IMG/VR virus record: IMGVR_UViG_3300005764_000002
Coordinates: 1 to 53,650 of that record
Length of the DNA stretch: 53,650 bases
DNA from: a virus
Lineage: Duplodnaviria; Caudoviricetes
Direction: 5' to 3' (one strand)
Notes under the pieces: model-generated
Database searches by the model: none
Told to the model about the DNA's origin: nothing
The model's input: only the letters and a program-made list of their open reading frames with translations
Translations under genes and position numbers: made by a program
Shown: piece after piece, positions 25,901-35,348 of the stretch
Layout of the letters: each line of letters opens with the position of its first letter
How positions within the stretch are numbered: the stretch's first letter is position 1

Positions 25901-26856
25901 GCGCTCGCCCTCGCGTTCGCGACCTTCACACCTACGATTGTCGGTGGCCAACCGCCGCGCGGCAGGAGTCGCACAGGAACCGGCTCACTGCCCAGCGGTC
26001 CGATCGTATTGTCGCCGGGAACATCGAACGGCCAGCAGAAACCGCCATCGACATCGATCGCCACGTACCGCTCGTTACGATCGGCATAAGACACCTGGAT
26101 TGTGAGCACGCAGCCGCTGCCGATGTGCGACGCGAGGAATGTGATCGGTGTCCGGCGGGCCACCCGGAAGTCTACCGAGAACGCCCCAGTCACTCCGGGG
26201 GGCACATTCGGCGTGGGAGTGATCGAGGAGAGCACCGGGGTCGGGATCCCGCCGGTAGTGACTTCGATCGTGCTAACCACCGTGGCGAATCCGGCTGATT
26301 GGTACTGCACGCTCAGCAACCCAGCGACCACGGCATCAGCTGCGACCGCCTGGTAGTAATAAAGTCCGGATCCCACTTCGTGCAATGTACCGGCCGCATT
26401 GGCGAGCGCGGCACCGTCAAGGCTAGTCTGCAGATCGCTCGGAGCGGTCACGGTAGCGCCGGTGGCCAGCTGTGGCGGCTCCAGCGATGTTCCATATATG
26501 GTCAACGGCCATCGGAGCTTGGTCACATCGGTCTCGCCGACGCCGAAGATCTGCCCGATCTGTGCAGCCTCGATCTCGGTCCGATATCCGGTGCGCGAGA
26601 ACAGCACCGCCAGAAATCCCGGCGTGCCGACCTCGGCGAGCGTAGCCTCGTAGTAGTATTCGCCGCGGCCGAGGTGCGCGAGCGTGCCAGCGCCGTTCGC
26701 GAATGCAGCGCCGTTGATTGATACCTGGATCGTGCCCACCGGCGGAGCTGCGGCAGCGGCACCGTCATCCGCCAGTACCGATCCATCGTCCAGATAGATC
26801 ATGAACGGGATCCGACGTGCCGTTGCGGTCGTCTCGCTGAGATTGATCGTGCGCAT
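25897..26856 (-). CDS. virion protein with two internal repeats of a beta domain
   Basis: SINGAAFANGAGTLAHLGRGEYYY / SLDGAALANAAGTLHEVGSGLYYY. Confidence 0.7.
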   Translation of the reverse strand: MRTINLSETTATARRIPFMIYLDDGSVLADDGAAAAAPPVGTIQVSINGAAFANGAGTLAHLGRGEYYYEATLAEVGTPGFLAVLFSRTGYRTEIEAAQIGQIFGVGETDVTKLRWPLTIYGTSLEPPQLATGATVTAPSDLQTSLDGAALANAAGTLHEVGSGLYYYQAVAADAVVAGLLSVQYQSAGFATVVSTIEVTTGGIPTPVLSSITPTPNVPPGVTGAFSVDFRVARRTPITFLASHIGSGCVLTIQVSYADRNERYVAIDVDGGFCWPFDVPGDNTIGPLGSEPVPVRLLPRGGWPPTIVGVKVANARASA

Positions 26857-26866
26857 GCTGGTCCGA

Positions 26867-28792
26867 TCAGTTGTAGATCACCGTCAGTCCGTTGCCGCCG
26901 TTGCCGCCCGCGGCCCCGTTCGTGCCGGTCCCCTGTGCCGCACCGCCGCCGCATCCGGTGGCGCCAGAGACATCAAGCTTGCCAGCTCCAGTGCCCGCCG
27001 CAGGGCAGGTACCGTCGCCACTCTCGCACACGATGACGCCGCCTGCCCCACCACCACCACCACCACCACCACCACCGTTGGTGGCGGCAGTCGCCCCTGA
27101 CCCAACCGCGCATGCGCCTCCCAGCGCTCGAATGGTACCGCTCACCGAGAACGATCGCGCCTGCACTACGAGCCAGCCTGCACCGCCGCCACCGCCGCCG
27201 CCAGCGCCGGCTCCGGCGGCCCCGCCCGCGCCGCCACCGCCGCCGCCAGTCGGCGCGCTGAATGAGCTGGTCCCTGCCGTGACGCCCCACTGGATCGCCC
27301 GTACAGACGCGAAGTGATTACGGAAGGATGCGCCGGTCGATGACGATGCGAGGGTTATCGTGCCGCCACCACCACCGCTGTTGCCGGAGGAGCCGCCGGC
27401 ATTGCCCGGCCCGCCGCCACCACCACCGGCACCGTGGCAGTTGCCGCCGTTGCCACCAGTGGTAGGCGTTGTGCCATTCCCGCCGGCTGCAGCCGTCGCA
27501 CTGCAATCGGTTGGTGTCGTGGATGACGAACCGCCGCCGCTACTGGCATTGCCGCCCGCAGTTCCTGACGGCAGCGGGTGTGCCGACCAGCCGGCCGCGC
27601 CGCCAGCATTCGTGACCGCCGCCAGGCCATTCGTGTTGAGATCGCCAGTAACCGTCAGCGTGCCGCTCACATGAAGCGGGAACCCCGACGGAAGCCACGT
27701 CTTGCCGCTCTGGATTGTCAAGCTCGAGAAGAAACATTCACGCGTCTGCGTGTAGACGTTGCTCGCGACGGTCACACACGCAACTCCGGTCACCGAGCCG
27801 GTGCCGACGGTGGCGGTTCCGTCGGCGGTGAGCGCGCCGTCGCTCCCGTCGCCGAACTCGCCGTGCGCCACGAACAGACCGGACACGTCGCCCGTCGCGA
27901 TCGCGAGCACGGTCTTGACCTGCGAGGCGGTGAGCGCCAGCGGAACCGCCGTGCCTCCCGTGTTGTTGCCGAGGATCGTCAGGTCGGCGATCGTCTGCAT
28001 CTTCGCGAACGTCACGGCGTTCGCCGCGATCGCGGTCGACGTCACCGCGCTGGTCGCGATCGTGAGCGTGCAGGAGCCGCCCGCCGAGGCGACGTCGCCG
28101 GTGAACGTCGGCAACCTGGCGCACGAGAGGGTGCCCCCGGTGATGTCGGAGGCGGAGGCGCTCGTCGCGACCGACGCGAGGGCGAGCGCCGTCCGCACCT
28201 GCGATGCGGTCAGCGCCACCGGCGACGCCGCGCCTCCCGTGTTGTTGCCGAGGATCGTCTGGTCGGCGATCGTGGCGATGTTGCCGAGCGTCACGCCGTT
28301 CGCCGCGATCGTCGTGGCGACGCTACCAGCCGTCGTCGTTACCGGGCCCGTCAGCGCAGGGAACCGCCCGGCCGGCAGGGTCCCCGTGGTGAGGTCCGTC
28401 GCGCTGGCGCTCGTGGCGATCGCGAGGAGCGCGAGCATGGTGCGGACCTGCGACGGCGTGAGGTACACCGGCGTGGCGGCGCCGCCCGCGTTGTTGCCGA
28501 TCAGCGTGCTCGCATCCTCAGCCGCCATCATGCCGAGGGTGACAACGCCGGTACCGATCGTGCTGACGTTGGAAGCCGCCGGGATCGTCACATTGCCGGT
28601 GATTGCGGCACGACCGAGCGGACTGGCCGTAGTGCCGCTGCCGGTCTGCGTCGAGTCATGGACCACCTTGGTCAGGCCACCACCTCCGGTGAGCTGGCTG
28701 CCACCGTTGGCCCCGAGTGCGAATGCGGCGAATCCCACCAGACCAAGGATCAGTGCAGCTCGAGTGAGTATCTTGTTGTGTGGCATTGTCAT
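26867..28792 (-). CDS. Gly/Thr-rich tail fibre-like protein
   Basis: Three GNNxGG...LTxSQV repeats, FGDGSDG motif, polyglycine C-terminus. Confidence 0.75.
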   Translation of the reverse strand: MTMPHNKILTRAALILGLVGFAAFALGANGGSQLTGGGGLTKVVHDSTQTGSGTTASPLGRAAITGNVTIPAASNVSTIGTGVVTLGMMAAEDASTLIGNNAGGAATPVYLTPSQVRTMLALLAIATSASATDLTTGTLPAGRFPALTGPVTTTAGSVATTIAANGVTLGNIATIADQTILGNNTGGAASPVALTASQVRTALALASVATSASASDITGGTLSCARLPTFTGDVASAGGSCTLTIATSAVTSTAIAANAVTFAKMQTIADLTILGNNTGGTAVPLALTASQVKTVLAIATGDVSGLFVAHGEFGDGSDGALTADGTATVGTGSVTGVACVTVASNVYTQTRECFFSSLTIQSGKTWLPSGFPLHVSGTLTVTGDLNTNGLAAVTNAGGAAGWSAHPLPSGTAGGNASSGGGSSSTTPTDCSATAAAGGNGTTPTTGGNGGNCHGAGGGGGGPGNAGGSSGNSGGGGGTITLASSSTGASFRNHFASVRAIQWGVTAGTSSFSAPTGGGGGGAGGAAGAGAGGGGGGGAGWLVVQARSFSVSGTIRALGGACAVGSGATAATNGGGGGGGGGGAGGVIVCESGDGTCPAAGTGAGKLDVSGATGCGGGAAQGTGTNGAAGGNGGNGLTVIYN

Positions 28793-29382
28793 TTCCCCTT
28801 GAGCACGGTAGTGCCCACTGCATCGTCAGCGGTCGATACCACGGCATCACTCGGCACACCAGTGAGACCGCCGCCGAGTGTTCCGCCGCTATGCGTGTGG
28901 ATGATGTACTTATTCACGAGCGCATTGAGCTTGTCCACCGTGGCTTGCAGTGAGGAGAGCATCGCCAGCGCCGCAGCACCGCCAGATCCATCATGCACAA
29001 GCACCTCGGGTCGCACGATCACGATGCGCGTCGGTGTCGGTTCCTGGCCGGTCGGCACCACGCCGGTGGAGAGCGTGCCGATCACCGTCGGCATGAACGC
29101 CATCTCTCCCTCGGGCAGCACCACCACTACTTCCTCGCCGATCTGGGGAACTTGCCACAGCCCGGCGGCGAGCCGGCAGGTCACATCATGTAGCGTCGGC
29201 TGTAGCACCACCTCGATCAGGATATCATCGCCGGTATTGGCAAAATGCGTCGTCTCGCCAGCTGGCACCACGACGCGGCCGATCGCGATCCACTGACGCG
29301 TGTCGCGGAACAGGTGCCGCATGTCAGTCAGATCGAGCCGCTTGACCGCCCGTCGGCCGCGCTTCGGGGTCGACATCCTCAT
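28789..29382 (-). CDS. baseplate central spike (gpV-like)
   Basis: P.IGEEVVV..PEG OB-fold motif; C-terminal HTH (His-x-His) metal motif. Confidence 0.8.
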   Translation of the reverse strand: MRMSTPKRGRRAVKRLDLTDMRHLFRDTRQWIAIGRVVVPAGETTHFANTGDDILIEVVLQPTLHDVTCRLAAGLWQVPQIGEEVVVVLPEGEMAFMPTVIGTLSTGVVPTGQEPTPTRIVIVRPEVLVHDGSGGAAALAMLSSLQATVDKLNALVNKYIIHTHSGGTLGGGLTGVPSDAVVSTADDAVGTTVLKGK

Positions 29383-31058
29383 GGCTTGGCGAACCTCCGC
29401 CGGTTGGCATCGATCTTTGCCTGACTCCAGCCGATCGGCTTGCCATCGGCGCCGGTCAGCGACGCGCGTCGCTGACTCAGCATGCTTTGCCGCGGCGGAT
29501 CGCTCGTACCCTCGCGGATGCCGTCCATCACCATGAAGTCCTGCAGCTCCATCTCGATCGACACGCCGTCGTCTGAGGTGTATTCGATAGTCCCCTCCTT
29601 GAAGCGGAGCGGACGGTCGATGCCGCGGAGGATCTCGTAGCGCTTGGCGATCTCGGCAGCGATCTGATCGTTGAACCCACGCGACACGAGATGCGCGACC
29701 TTGACCGACATCGACACGGCTGGGTTGCTGAGCAGCTCGCGATTGAACTCGTCCCATTCGATCGTGAAGGCGTCGCCGGCCTCGACACCGAGAATGTCAG
29801 CGTGCTTGAGATCGTCCAGATCGTGCGTCTTGGCGATCACCGTGCGCTCGGCCTTGCCGAGTAGGTGATAGCGGTTCTCGGCGATCTGCGCGAGGATCTT
29901 TGGATCGGTCACTCCATGCACGGTGAAGATCTGATACTCGTCACGCTCGCGGACCGTGGTCCGGACCTTGCCGCGTTTGCTGACGGTGGTGGTCTCCTTC
30001 ACGCGACGCTTGAAGCGCGGTTTCTTGTTGCCGCGGAACTTGAACACGCCATCGCGCGGAACTCCTCCGGTCGGGAACTCAGCGCTGATCGTTCCGACCT
30101 TCGGATCGTAGCTGCGCACGACGATGGTCGGCGACTGCTCCTTGCCGAGATGCCGGCGTAGCGTGAGGTGCTCCAGGTTTTTCCCCCACGCCATGCGCTT
30201 GATGCTCGATGTGTCCCGATCGGTGATCGTCTTGGGTCGGCTGATCACTACATCGAGCCCATCGACGAAACAGATGAACCCATAACGCTCGACGAGCTTG
30301 TAGATCACGTCCCAGTAGCTCGTACCATTCTCGATCGGGATGCCGCGCTTGGCATTCGTAGCCACCTCGGCGTGCACGATCGGCATCAGCCCAGGATCGA
30401 TCCCGCGCACCTGTACCGCCAGCTGGCGGTCAGGGTCCGCTTCCTCGAGTAGCTCGTCGACGATCAGATCCAGCCGCTTGCCGACCGGGATCCGGCGCGC
30501 GGTTCCGTTGGCATGCGGAGGCCAGGGCACGGTCATCAGGTAATGCGTGTAATCTTGACCCTTGATCGTGATGAACTTGCCCGATCCGGACAGTTCCATA
30601 TCATCATCGTCGAACGTCCCAACGATCCGCGGCTTGTTGCCGAGTGTGAACGCGTCCCGAGTGGACTCGATGCCAAGCTCCAGGCCAAGCGTGTCGGTCG
30701 GTTCGCGCACCGTGGTATCGCCCGGGTCCGCGTTGGCCAGCGGATGGCGTCGATCGAGCACCCGGCGCCGCTCGGTCGTGCTACTCGTCTGGAAGATGAA
30801 GATCTCGGCGGCACCCGCGCGCACGAGCTGCGGATCGATCGGCAGATCCCCGGCCTCGAATACCAGCTCGAAGCTATCAGCCTGCTTGTAGCTGTTGATG
30901 TGGACGGTCACCGCCTTCGGAATGATCGGGATCACCTGGATCTGTGAATCGCGCGCGGTGTCACCATACCCATCGAAGATCACCTGAAGGATCGCACGCG
31001 CTTGCGGCCGGTACAGCCGCGGCGCGGACGCTTGCCGGATGAGCTCCACCGGCATCAC
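29379..31058 (-). CDS. baseplate hub (gpD/gp27-like)
   Basis: Position between LysM protein and spike; ADSF, G.D.T..L motifs. Confidence 0.7.
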   Translation of the reverse strand: MMPVELIRQASAPRLYRPQARAILQVIFDGYGDTARDSQIQVIPIIPKAVTVHINSYKQADSFELVFEAGDLPIDPQLVRAGAAEIFIFQTSSTTERRRVLDRRHPLANADPGDTTVREPTDTLGLELGIESTRDAFTLGNKPRIVGTFDDDDMELSGSGKFITIKGQDYTHYLMTVPWPPHANGTARRIPVGKRLDLIVDELLEEADPDRQLAVQVRGIDPGLMPIVHAEVATNAKRGIPIENGTSYWDVIYKLVERYGFICFVDGLDVVISRPKTITDRDTSSIKRMAWGKNLEHLTLRRHLGKEQSPTIVVRSYDPKVGTISAEFPTGGVPRDGVFKFRGNKKPRFKRRVKETTTVSKRGKVRTTVRERDEYQIFTVHGVTDPKILAQIAENRYHLLGKAERTVIAKTHDLDDLKHADILGVEAGDAFTIEWDEFNRELLSNPAVSMSVKVAHLVSRGFNDQIAAEIAKRYEILRGIDRPLRFKEGTIEYTSDDGVSIEMELQDFMVMDGIREGTSDPPRQSMLSQRRASLTGADGKPIGWSQAKIDANRRRFAKP

Positions 31059-32155
31059 ACCCCCCCGCGTTCTGGGATGATCAGCATCTCGGTGCCGTCC
31101 ATCGTGAAGCTGGCGAGCGCGTTGCGGTCGTAGATCAGCTTCCAGCCGTGGGGCGTGCCGTAGAACTTGCGGCTGATCGCGTAGAGATGCTCGCCGGTCT
31201 GTGGCCGGTACAGCCGCCGCGCATCAGGCTCCGCGCGCTCGGTTGCCGCCCGATCGCCGGTGAGCGCGGCACCCATCGCGATCCGCGCCGACCAGCGCAG
31301 CGATCGGATCCAGTCCTCGAAGTCCAGCACCGACATCGCCGTCTGCGTGGCCATGTCGGAATCCGCACGCACCTGTTCGAGGCGCGCGAGTAGCGAGAAT
31401 GCCGTGTCGCGACCAGTACGGAACTGGGTTGCGATCCGCGTGAAGGCATCGATCGGCTGTTCCGGCGGGGCCAGATCGCGCTGATCGATCGTGGCCGCGA
31501 GCGTCTCGCGGTTGTCGACCGTCGCGGTGAGGATCTCGGTCACGTCGTCGGCAAGCGAGCCAGCGATCGCGTGCCGCGGGGCCAGATCGTCAGCATCAAG
31601 CATCGCCTGCACGGCCAGGTCGAAGTTGTCGAGCGACGTGGAGGTATCCGGAGGTGTGATCGGCACGCGTGTCGGATCGGTCGCGCCGGCGCGGCCATGC
31701 ACCGATACCGTGAACTCGTATTCGATGCGCCACGCCGCGCGCCATTCCGGATCGAACGAAGTAATCACACCCTCGAACACCTGGGTACCGTACTGCCAGC
31801 GGATCCCGTTGCCGCGGTCAACCATGGCCTCGAAGCGGGCCAGCTCGGCCTCGGCGTAACCGTGTCCGTTGTAGCGGTCATCCCAGTAGCCCTTGAACAC
31901 CTGCGGTTTCTTCCGCGGCCCGAGCATCTGCTCGCTCGGCTTGATCGCGTTCGGGTAGTCGGTGCGCACCGTGTGGTGCTCCGTGCCCATGTGCCACGGC
32001 TTGAGCGGGCACGCACGCGCGCCGCCGCCACGCATGCCATCGAATGGGGCCGACGGCTTGCTGTCCGCCGTCCACTCGAAGCGTTCACCGAGATCCGCCA
32101 CGGCTGGATCGCCAGCGCTCGGCAGCTCGGTGATGACGAAGACACCGTTGGCCAC
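31055..32155 (-). CDS. tail tube initiator with C-terminal LysM-like domain
   Basis: GEHLYAISRKFYGTPHGWKLIYDRN...G...L.IP. Confidence 0.8.
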   Translation of the reverse strand: MANGVFVITELPSAGDPAVADLGERFEWTADSKPSAPFDGMRGGGARACPLKPWHMGTEHHTVRTDYPNAIKPSEQMLGPRKKPQVFKGYWDDRYNGHGYAEAELARFEAMVDRGNGIRWQYGTQVFEGVITSFDPEWRAAWRIEYEFTVSVHGRAGATDPTRVPITPPDTSTSLDNFDLAVQAMLDADDLAPRHAIAGSLADDVTEILTATVDNRETLAATIDQRDLAPPEQPIDAFTRIATQFRTGRDTAFSLLARLEQVRADSDMATQTAMSVLDFEDWIRSLRWSARIAMGAALTGDRAATERAEPDARRLYRPQTGEHLYAISRKFYGTPHGWKLIYDRNALASFTMDGTEMLIIPERGGV

Positions 32156-32157
32156 GG

Positions 32158-34074
32158 TCAGCCCTCACGCAGCGCGCTCACAGCGCTTGAGGGGTTCTTG
32201 GCGGCATCTCGGAAGAATTCGATCAGACCGAATGCCATCCGGTCGGGATCGTCGCTTTGTACTTCGATCCGCTGGATATGCACGTTGACGTTTGGTTTCT
32301 CGGCGAGTTTCTTGTGCTTCCCTTCCGGATCATCGGTGTCCGCGCGCAGGATCTCCACGATCGTCTTGGGATCGATCTTCATCCCGTGGCTGTTGATGTA
32401 GGCCAATAGATCTTGCTGTGCCTTGGCTGTGTCGAGCGTCTGTCGCTGGTAGTCGGTGAGTGCCCCGAACCCGTATTCCCATGCGTCATTGCCGGTCTGC
32501 TGCAGCGCCGCCTGCCGATCGGCCAGATCCTTCGCGCGAGCGTTCATCTCGTCGGCGAACTTCTGCAGCCCGCCGGCCTTCGAGATCTCCTCGTCGCCGA
32601 TCCCTATCTGGGATAACGCTCGCATCTTCTGCGTGTAGATGTCACTTGGGACGTACCCACCCTCGCTGTAGGTGCCCTGATTCTCCTCGCGTGCGGCATC
32701 GGCCGCCAGGTTTCCCATGGTGCGCGCCAGGTTCGCGCTGCCGGTCAGGTTGGTCGATGCCGCGGCCTGCTTGGGTGCGGCATCGGCGGCACGCTGCAGG
32801 GCTTGCGTCAGTGCATCCGCGGCGCGGTTGATCTTCTCGAACTGCCGGCCGGTCTCACCGATCGCTAGATCGTGAAGCGCATCCTTGAGCCCGGTTGCCT
32901 CGCTGACGATCGAACCGAACGCGTAGCCGAGCGCGGCGCTCTGCGCGAGCAGCGGCAGGCTGCCGGCCACGTTGCCGAGCGTGACGTTCGTGCGCCCGGC
33001 GCCGGCTTTCGTGAACTCGTAGTCGCCGGTCTCCGGGTTGAACCGATCGCGCGCCGGCGCCATCCACGCTCGTAGATCGCCGAGCATGCCAGCACCGCGA
33101 GTGCCACCCTTGACCAGCGACGACATCATTCCGCCGACCTGGACCGCGAGCCAGATCTTGCCTATCGCCATCAGCTCGCTCGCGTGGTCGACCAGAAATG
33201 CCACCGCATCCTTGACGTAGCCGAATCCTGTGATGAGCCCGGAGCCGACTTTGTGCGCGATCTCCTCTACCTTGTGCTTGTTCTGATCGAGCCAGTCATT
33301 CCAGCCCTTGATCTCGTTCTTGATTGCCTCGAAAAGTGGCAGCCCGACCTTGCCGAGGACAATCTGTAGCTTGTCCTCGAGAGTCGACATCACACCAACC
33401 CAGCTCTTGCTGAACGCCTCGGCGGCATTCTTCATCGCTGGACTGTTGAGCACATCCTCCACGATCTGCAGACGCTTCTCGGCGGTCAGCGCATTGAACT
33501 TCTGTTCGTCCATGTGCGCCATGCCAAGTAGCTGCTTGGCGAACATCATCCGCTTGTTGACGTTGCCGGCGAGCATCTCGCTCAGCTCCAGCGAGCTGTA
33601 CGCGCTCTCGTAGCCGAACGCCTTGGCAGCGACAACGCCTTGCTCGGTGATCGTGGTCAGATCCTTGATCGCACCGCCGGCCTGGAACGTGCTGACCGCC
33701 ACCGCCTTGCCGAACGTCAACATCTCGGCGGTGGTGACCGGGGTCATCTGCGAGAATGACTGGAACTCGTCGTAGAGCTTGCCGGCTTTCTCGATCGCGC
33801 GATCCCAAGTTCCGCCGGTGTTACCCTGGATCATCGCGGAAAGGCCGATCTTGGCGCTCTCTACGCCGGAGTTGAAATCGAGGAGCGCTTTCTTGGCCTC
33901 GCGCCCAGTGAGCGCAGCGACTACCGCAGCACCCATCGCCATGAACTTGCCGGTGGTGTGCTCTACCTCGCGCCCGAGCTTGCGAGTGTCGTCCGACAGG
34001 GCACCGACGGCATTGCCGGCTCGGTTGTCCACCGAGTAGCGCACCTTGACGTCGTATACCGTGCTGAATGACAT
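32158..34074 (-). CDS. tape measure protein
   Basis: Helical Ala/Gly-rich; F...TP..T.E motif; follows chaperones. Confidence 0.85.
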   Translation of the reverse strand: MSFSTVYDVKVRYSVDNRAGNAVGALSDDTRKLGREVEHTTGKFMAMGAAVVAALTGREAKKALLDFNSGVESAKIGLSAMIQGNTGGTWDRAIEKAGKLYDEFQSFSQMTPVTTAEMLTFGKAVAVSTFQAGGAIKDLTTITEQGVVAAKAFGYESAYSSLELSEMLAGNVNKRMMFAKQLLGMAHMDEQKFNALTAEKRLQIVEDVLNSPAMKNAAEAFSKSWVGVMSTLEDKLQIVLGKVGLPLFEAIKNEIKGWNDWLDQNKHKVEEIAHKVGSGLITGFGYVKDAVAFLVDHASELMAIGKIWLAVQVGGMMSSLVKGGTRGAGMLGDLRAWMAPARDRFNPETGDYEFTKAGAGRTNVTLGNVAGSLPLLAQSAALGYAFGSIVSEATGLKDALHDLAIGETGRQFEKINRAADALTQALQRAADAAPKQAAASTNLTGSANLARTMGNLAADAAREENQGTYSEGGYVPSDIYTQKMRALSQIGIGDEEISKAGGLQKFADEMNARAKDLADRQAALQQTGNDAWEYGFGALTDYQRQTLDTAKAQQDLLAYINSHGMKIDPKTIVEILRADTDDPEGKHKKLAEKPNVNVHIQRIEVQSDDPDRMAFGLIEFFRDAAKNPSSAVSALREG

Positions 34075-34080
34075 TGCGCG

Positions 34081-34230
34081 TTACCTGTCGTCCTTTGGTC
34101 GTCCAGCGCTTTGCTCGTTCGAGATATCGATTAGGGCATTCAACTCCTCAAGTGCGAGGAATCTGTCGCTGAGTGGCATGGCGAGAAACGTTGCGTAGGT
34201 ATCGGGATAGCCATGCCAGGTCAGCCTCAT
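34081..34230 (-). CDS. tail assembly chaperone, second (T-like) segment
   Basis: Y..FLAMPLSDRF...EEL motif; ATGA overlap; frame open far upstream. Confidence 0.6.
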   Translation of the reverse strand: MRLTWHGYPDTYATFLAMPLSDRFLALEELNALIDISNEQSAGRPKDDR

Positions 34231-34802
34231 GTAGTCGCGCCAGAGCTGGCGCCTGACCTCCCAGTATCGGCGCTTGCGCGGGTTGCGCTTGTCGGAGACG
34301 CGAACGCGCCGACGGTCCGTGCTCCCTCGATCCCCTCGGTCAGTTCCTCGTTCGGAACGCCGTTGACCTCCGAGAAGTAGCGATGGAGCGCGGTCCATGC
34401 CGGCAGACTCCAGCCGTCGGGTTCCGCGAACGGTGCACCATCTGCGTTGACGTGGCGGTAGGCGACGGAGCTGCCGTTCAGCTCGCCCAGCCCGACGATC
34501 GCGAGCTTGATGCTCTCGCGGCGTTCGGCTTCGAGCGTGAGCTTGGTCGATCGACGCTCGATGTCGCTGATCACCTGATCCGTGAGCATCGCGGCCTGTA
34601 CCTCGTCCTGTGAGGTCAGTTCTTGGATGAACACCTCGCGGCATTCGCGGACCTTCGAGGGCATCACGAAGTGCATGACCAGCCTGCCTGGCAGCCGGCC
34701 GGCGAGCGCCCGCGAGAACTCGTCGAGCGCGGTGGATGGTGGCGCCGGATCGGGCGCTGCCCTGGGTGCCGTCCTGACCGGCGTTGCGTGCTTGTTCGAC
34801 AT
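34227..34802 (-). CDS. tail assembly chaperone (G-like)
   Basis: Between tube and tape measure; CAGGAG RBS. Confidence 0.7.
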   Translation of the reverse strand: MSNKHATPVRTAPRAAPDPAPPSTALDEFSRALAGRLPGRLVMHFVMPSKVRECREVFIQELTSQDEVQAAMLTDQVISDIERRSTKLTLEAERRESIKLAIVGLGELNGSSVAYRHVNADGAPFAEPDGWSLPAWTALHRYFSEVNGVPNEELTEGIEGARTVGAFASPTSATRASADTGRSGASSGATT

Positions 34803-34857
34803 GTGCTTGCTCCTGTGCTCGTATCACCAGCGCGAGCCGCCGCTGGCTGCGGTCCTA

Positions 34858-35301
34858 TCAGGCCGAGAGCGGGATGCGCTTCTTGGCCTTCCAACTGAAC
34901 TTCGTCTTGTGCTTCTCCTTGCGGCCTGCCGCACCCTCCTCGTCGGCCTTGAGGAACACACCATGGTACACGAAGATCCGACCTCGGGTTCCCGGCTCGC
35001 GGAACGTGTAGATCACCGTGAATGTGATGTCCGGGTGCGCCTCGTGTGCTTCCTCGCGCGCGATGATCTCGTCGATTAGATCCAGCGCCACCGAATCGAT
35101 GGTATCGACCGAGAAACCGCCGTCCCATCCGTTGTGCTGGATGTCGAGGTCGGTCTCCTGCTCGCCCATGTAATCGTCCTCTTTGAGGTCGGTGCGTGGC
35201 GTGGCGGTCCAGTCGGTCGCCTTGAACATGGATCCGCCCTGGATCACGCCATCGACCGCGACCCGGATCGTGACCTCTTGTCCTCGAAGTTTCAGTGACA
35301 T
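34858..35301 (-). CDS. tail tube protein
   Basis: 147 aa, directly after sheath. Confidence 0.75.
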   Translation of the reverse strand: MSLKLRGQEVTIRVAVDGVIQGGSMFKATDWTATPRTDLKEDDYMGEQETDLDIQHNGWDGGFSVDTIDSVALDLIDEIIAREEAHEAHPDITFTVIYTFREPGTRGRIFVYHGVFLKADEEGAAGRKEKHKTKFSWKAKKRIPLSA

Positions 35302-35348
35302 TGGCGCTCTCCTATGTGGCTCGTCGTGGGTTTACTGCAGTGCGGTAA

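Noticed and set aside
27048-27076. (CCA)n microsatellite as a phase-variation tract
   Set aside because: Trinucleotide run encoding polyglycine in the fibre; frame-neutral
26867-28792. Diversity-generating retroelement or invertible fibre cassette
   Set aside because: No reverse transcriptase or invertase; repeats are protein-level, not adenine-specific TR/VR pairs
27578-29296. Long plus-strand ORFs (e.g. 27578-29296, 11503-12759, 40576-41790, 43565-44680)
   Set aside because: Antisense shadows of well-supported minus-strand genes, expected at high GC
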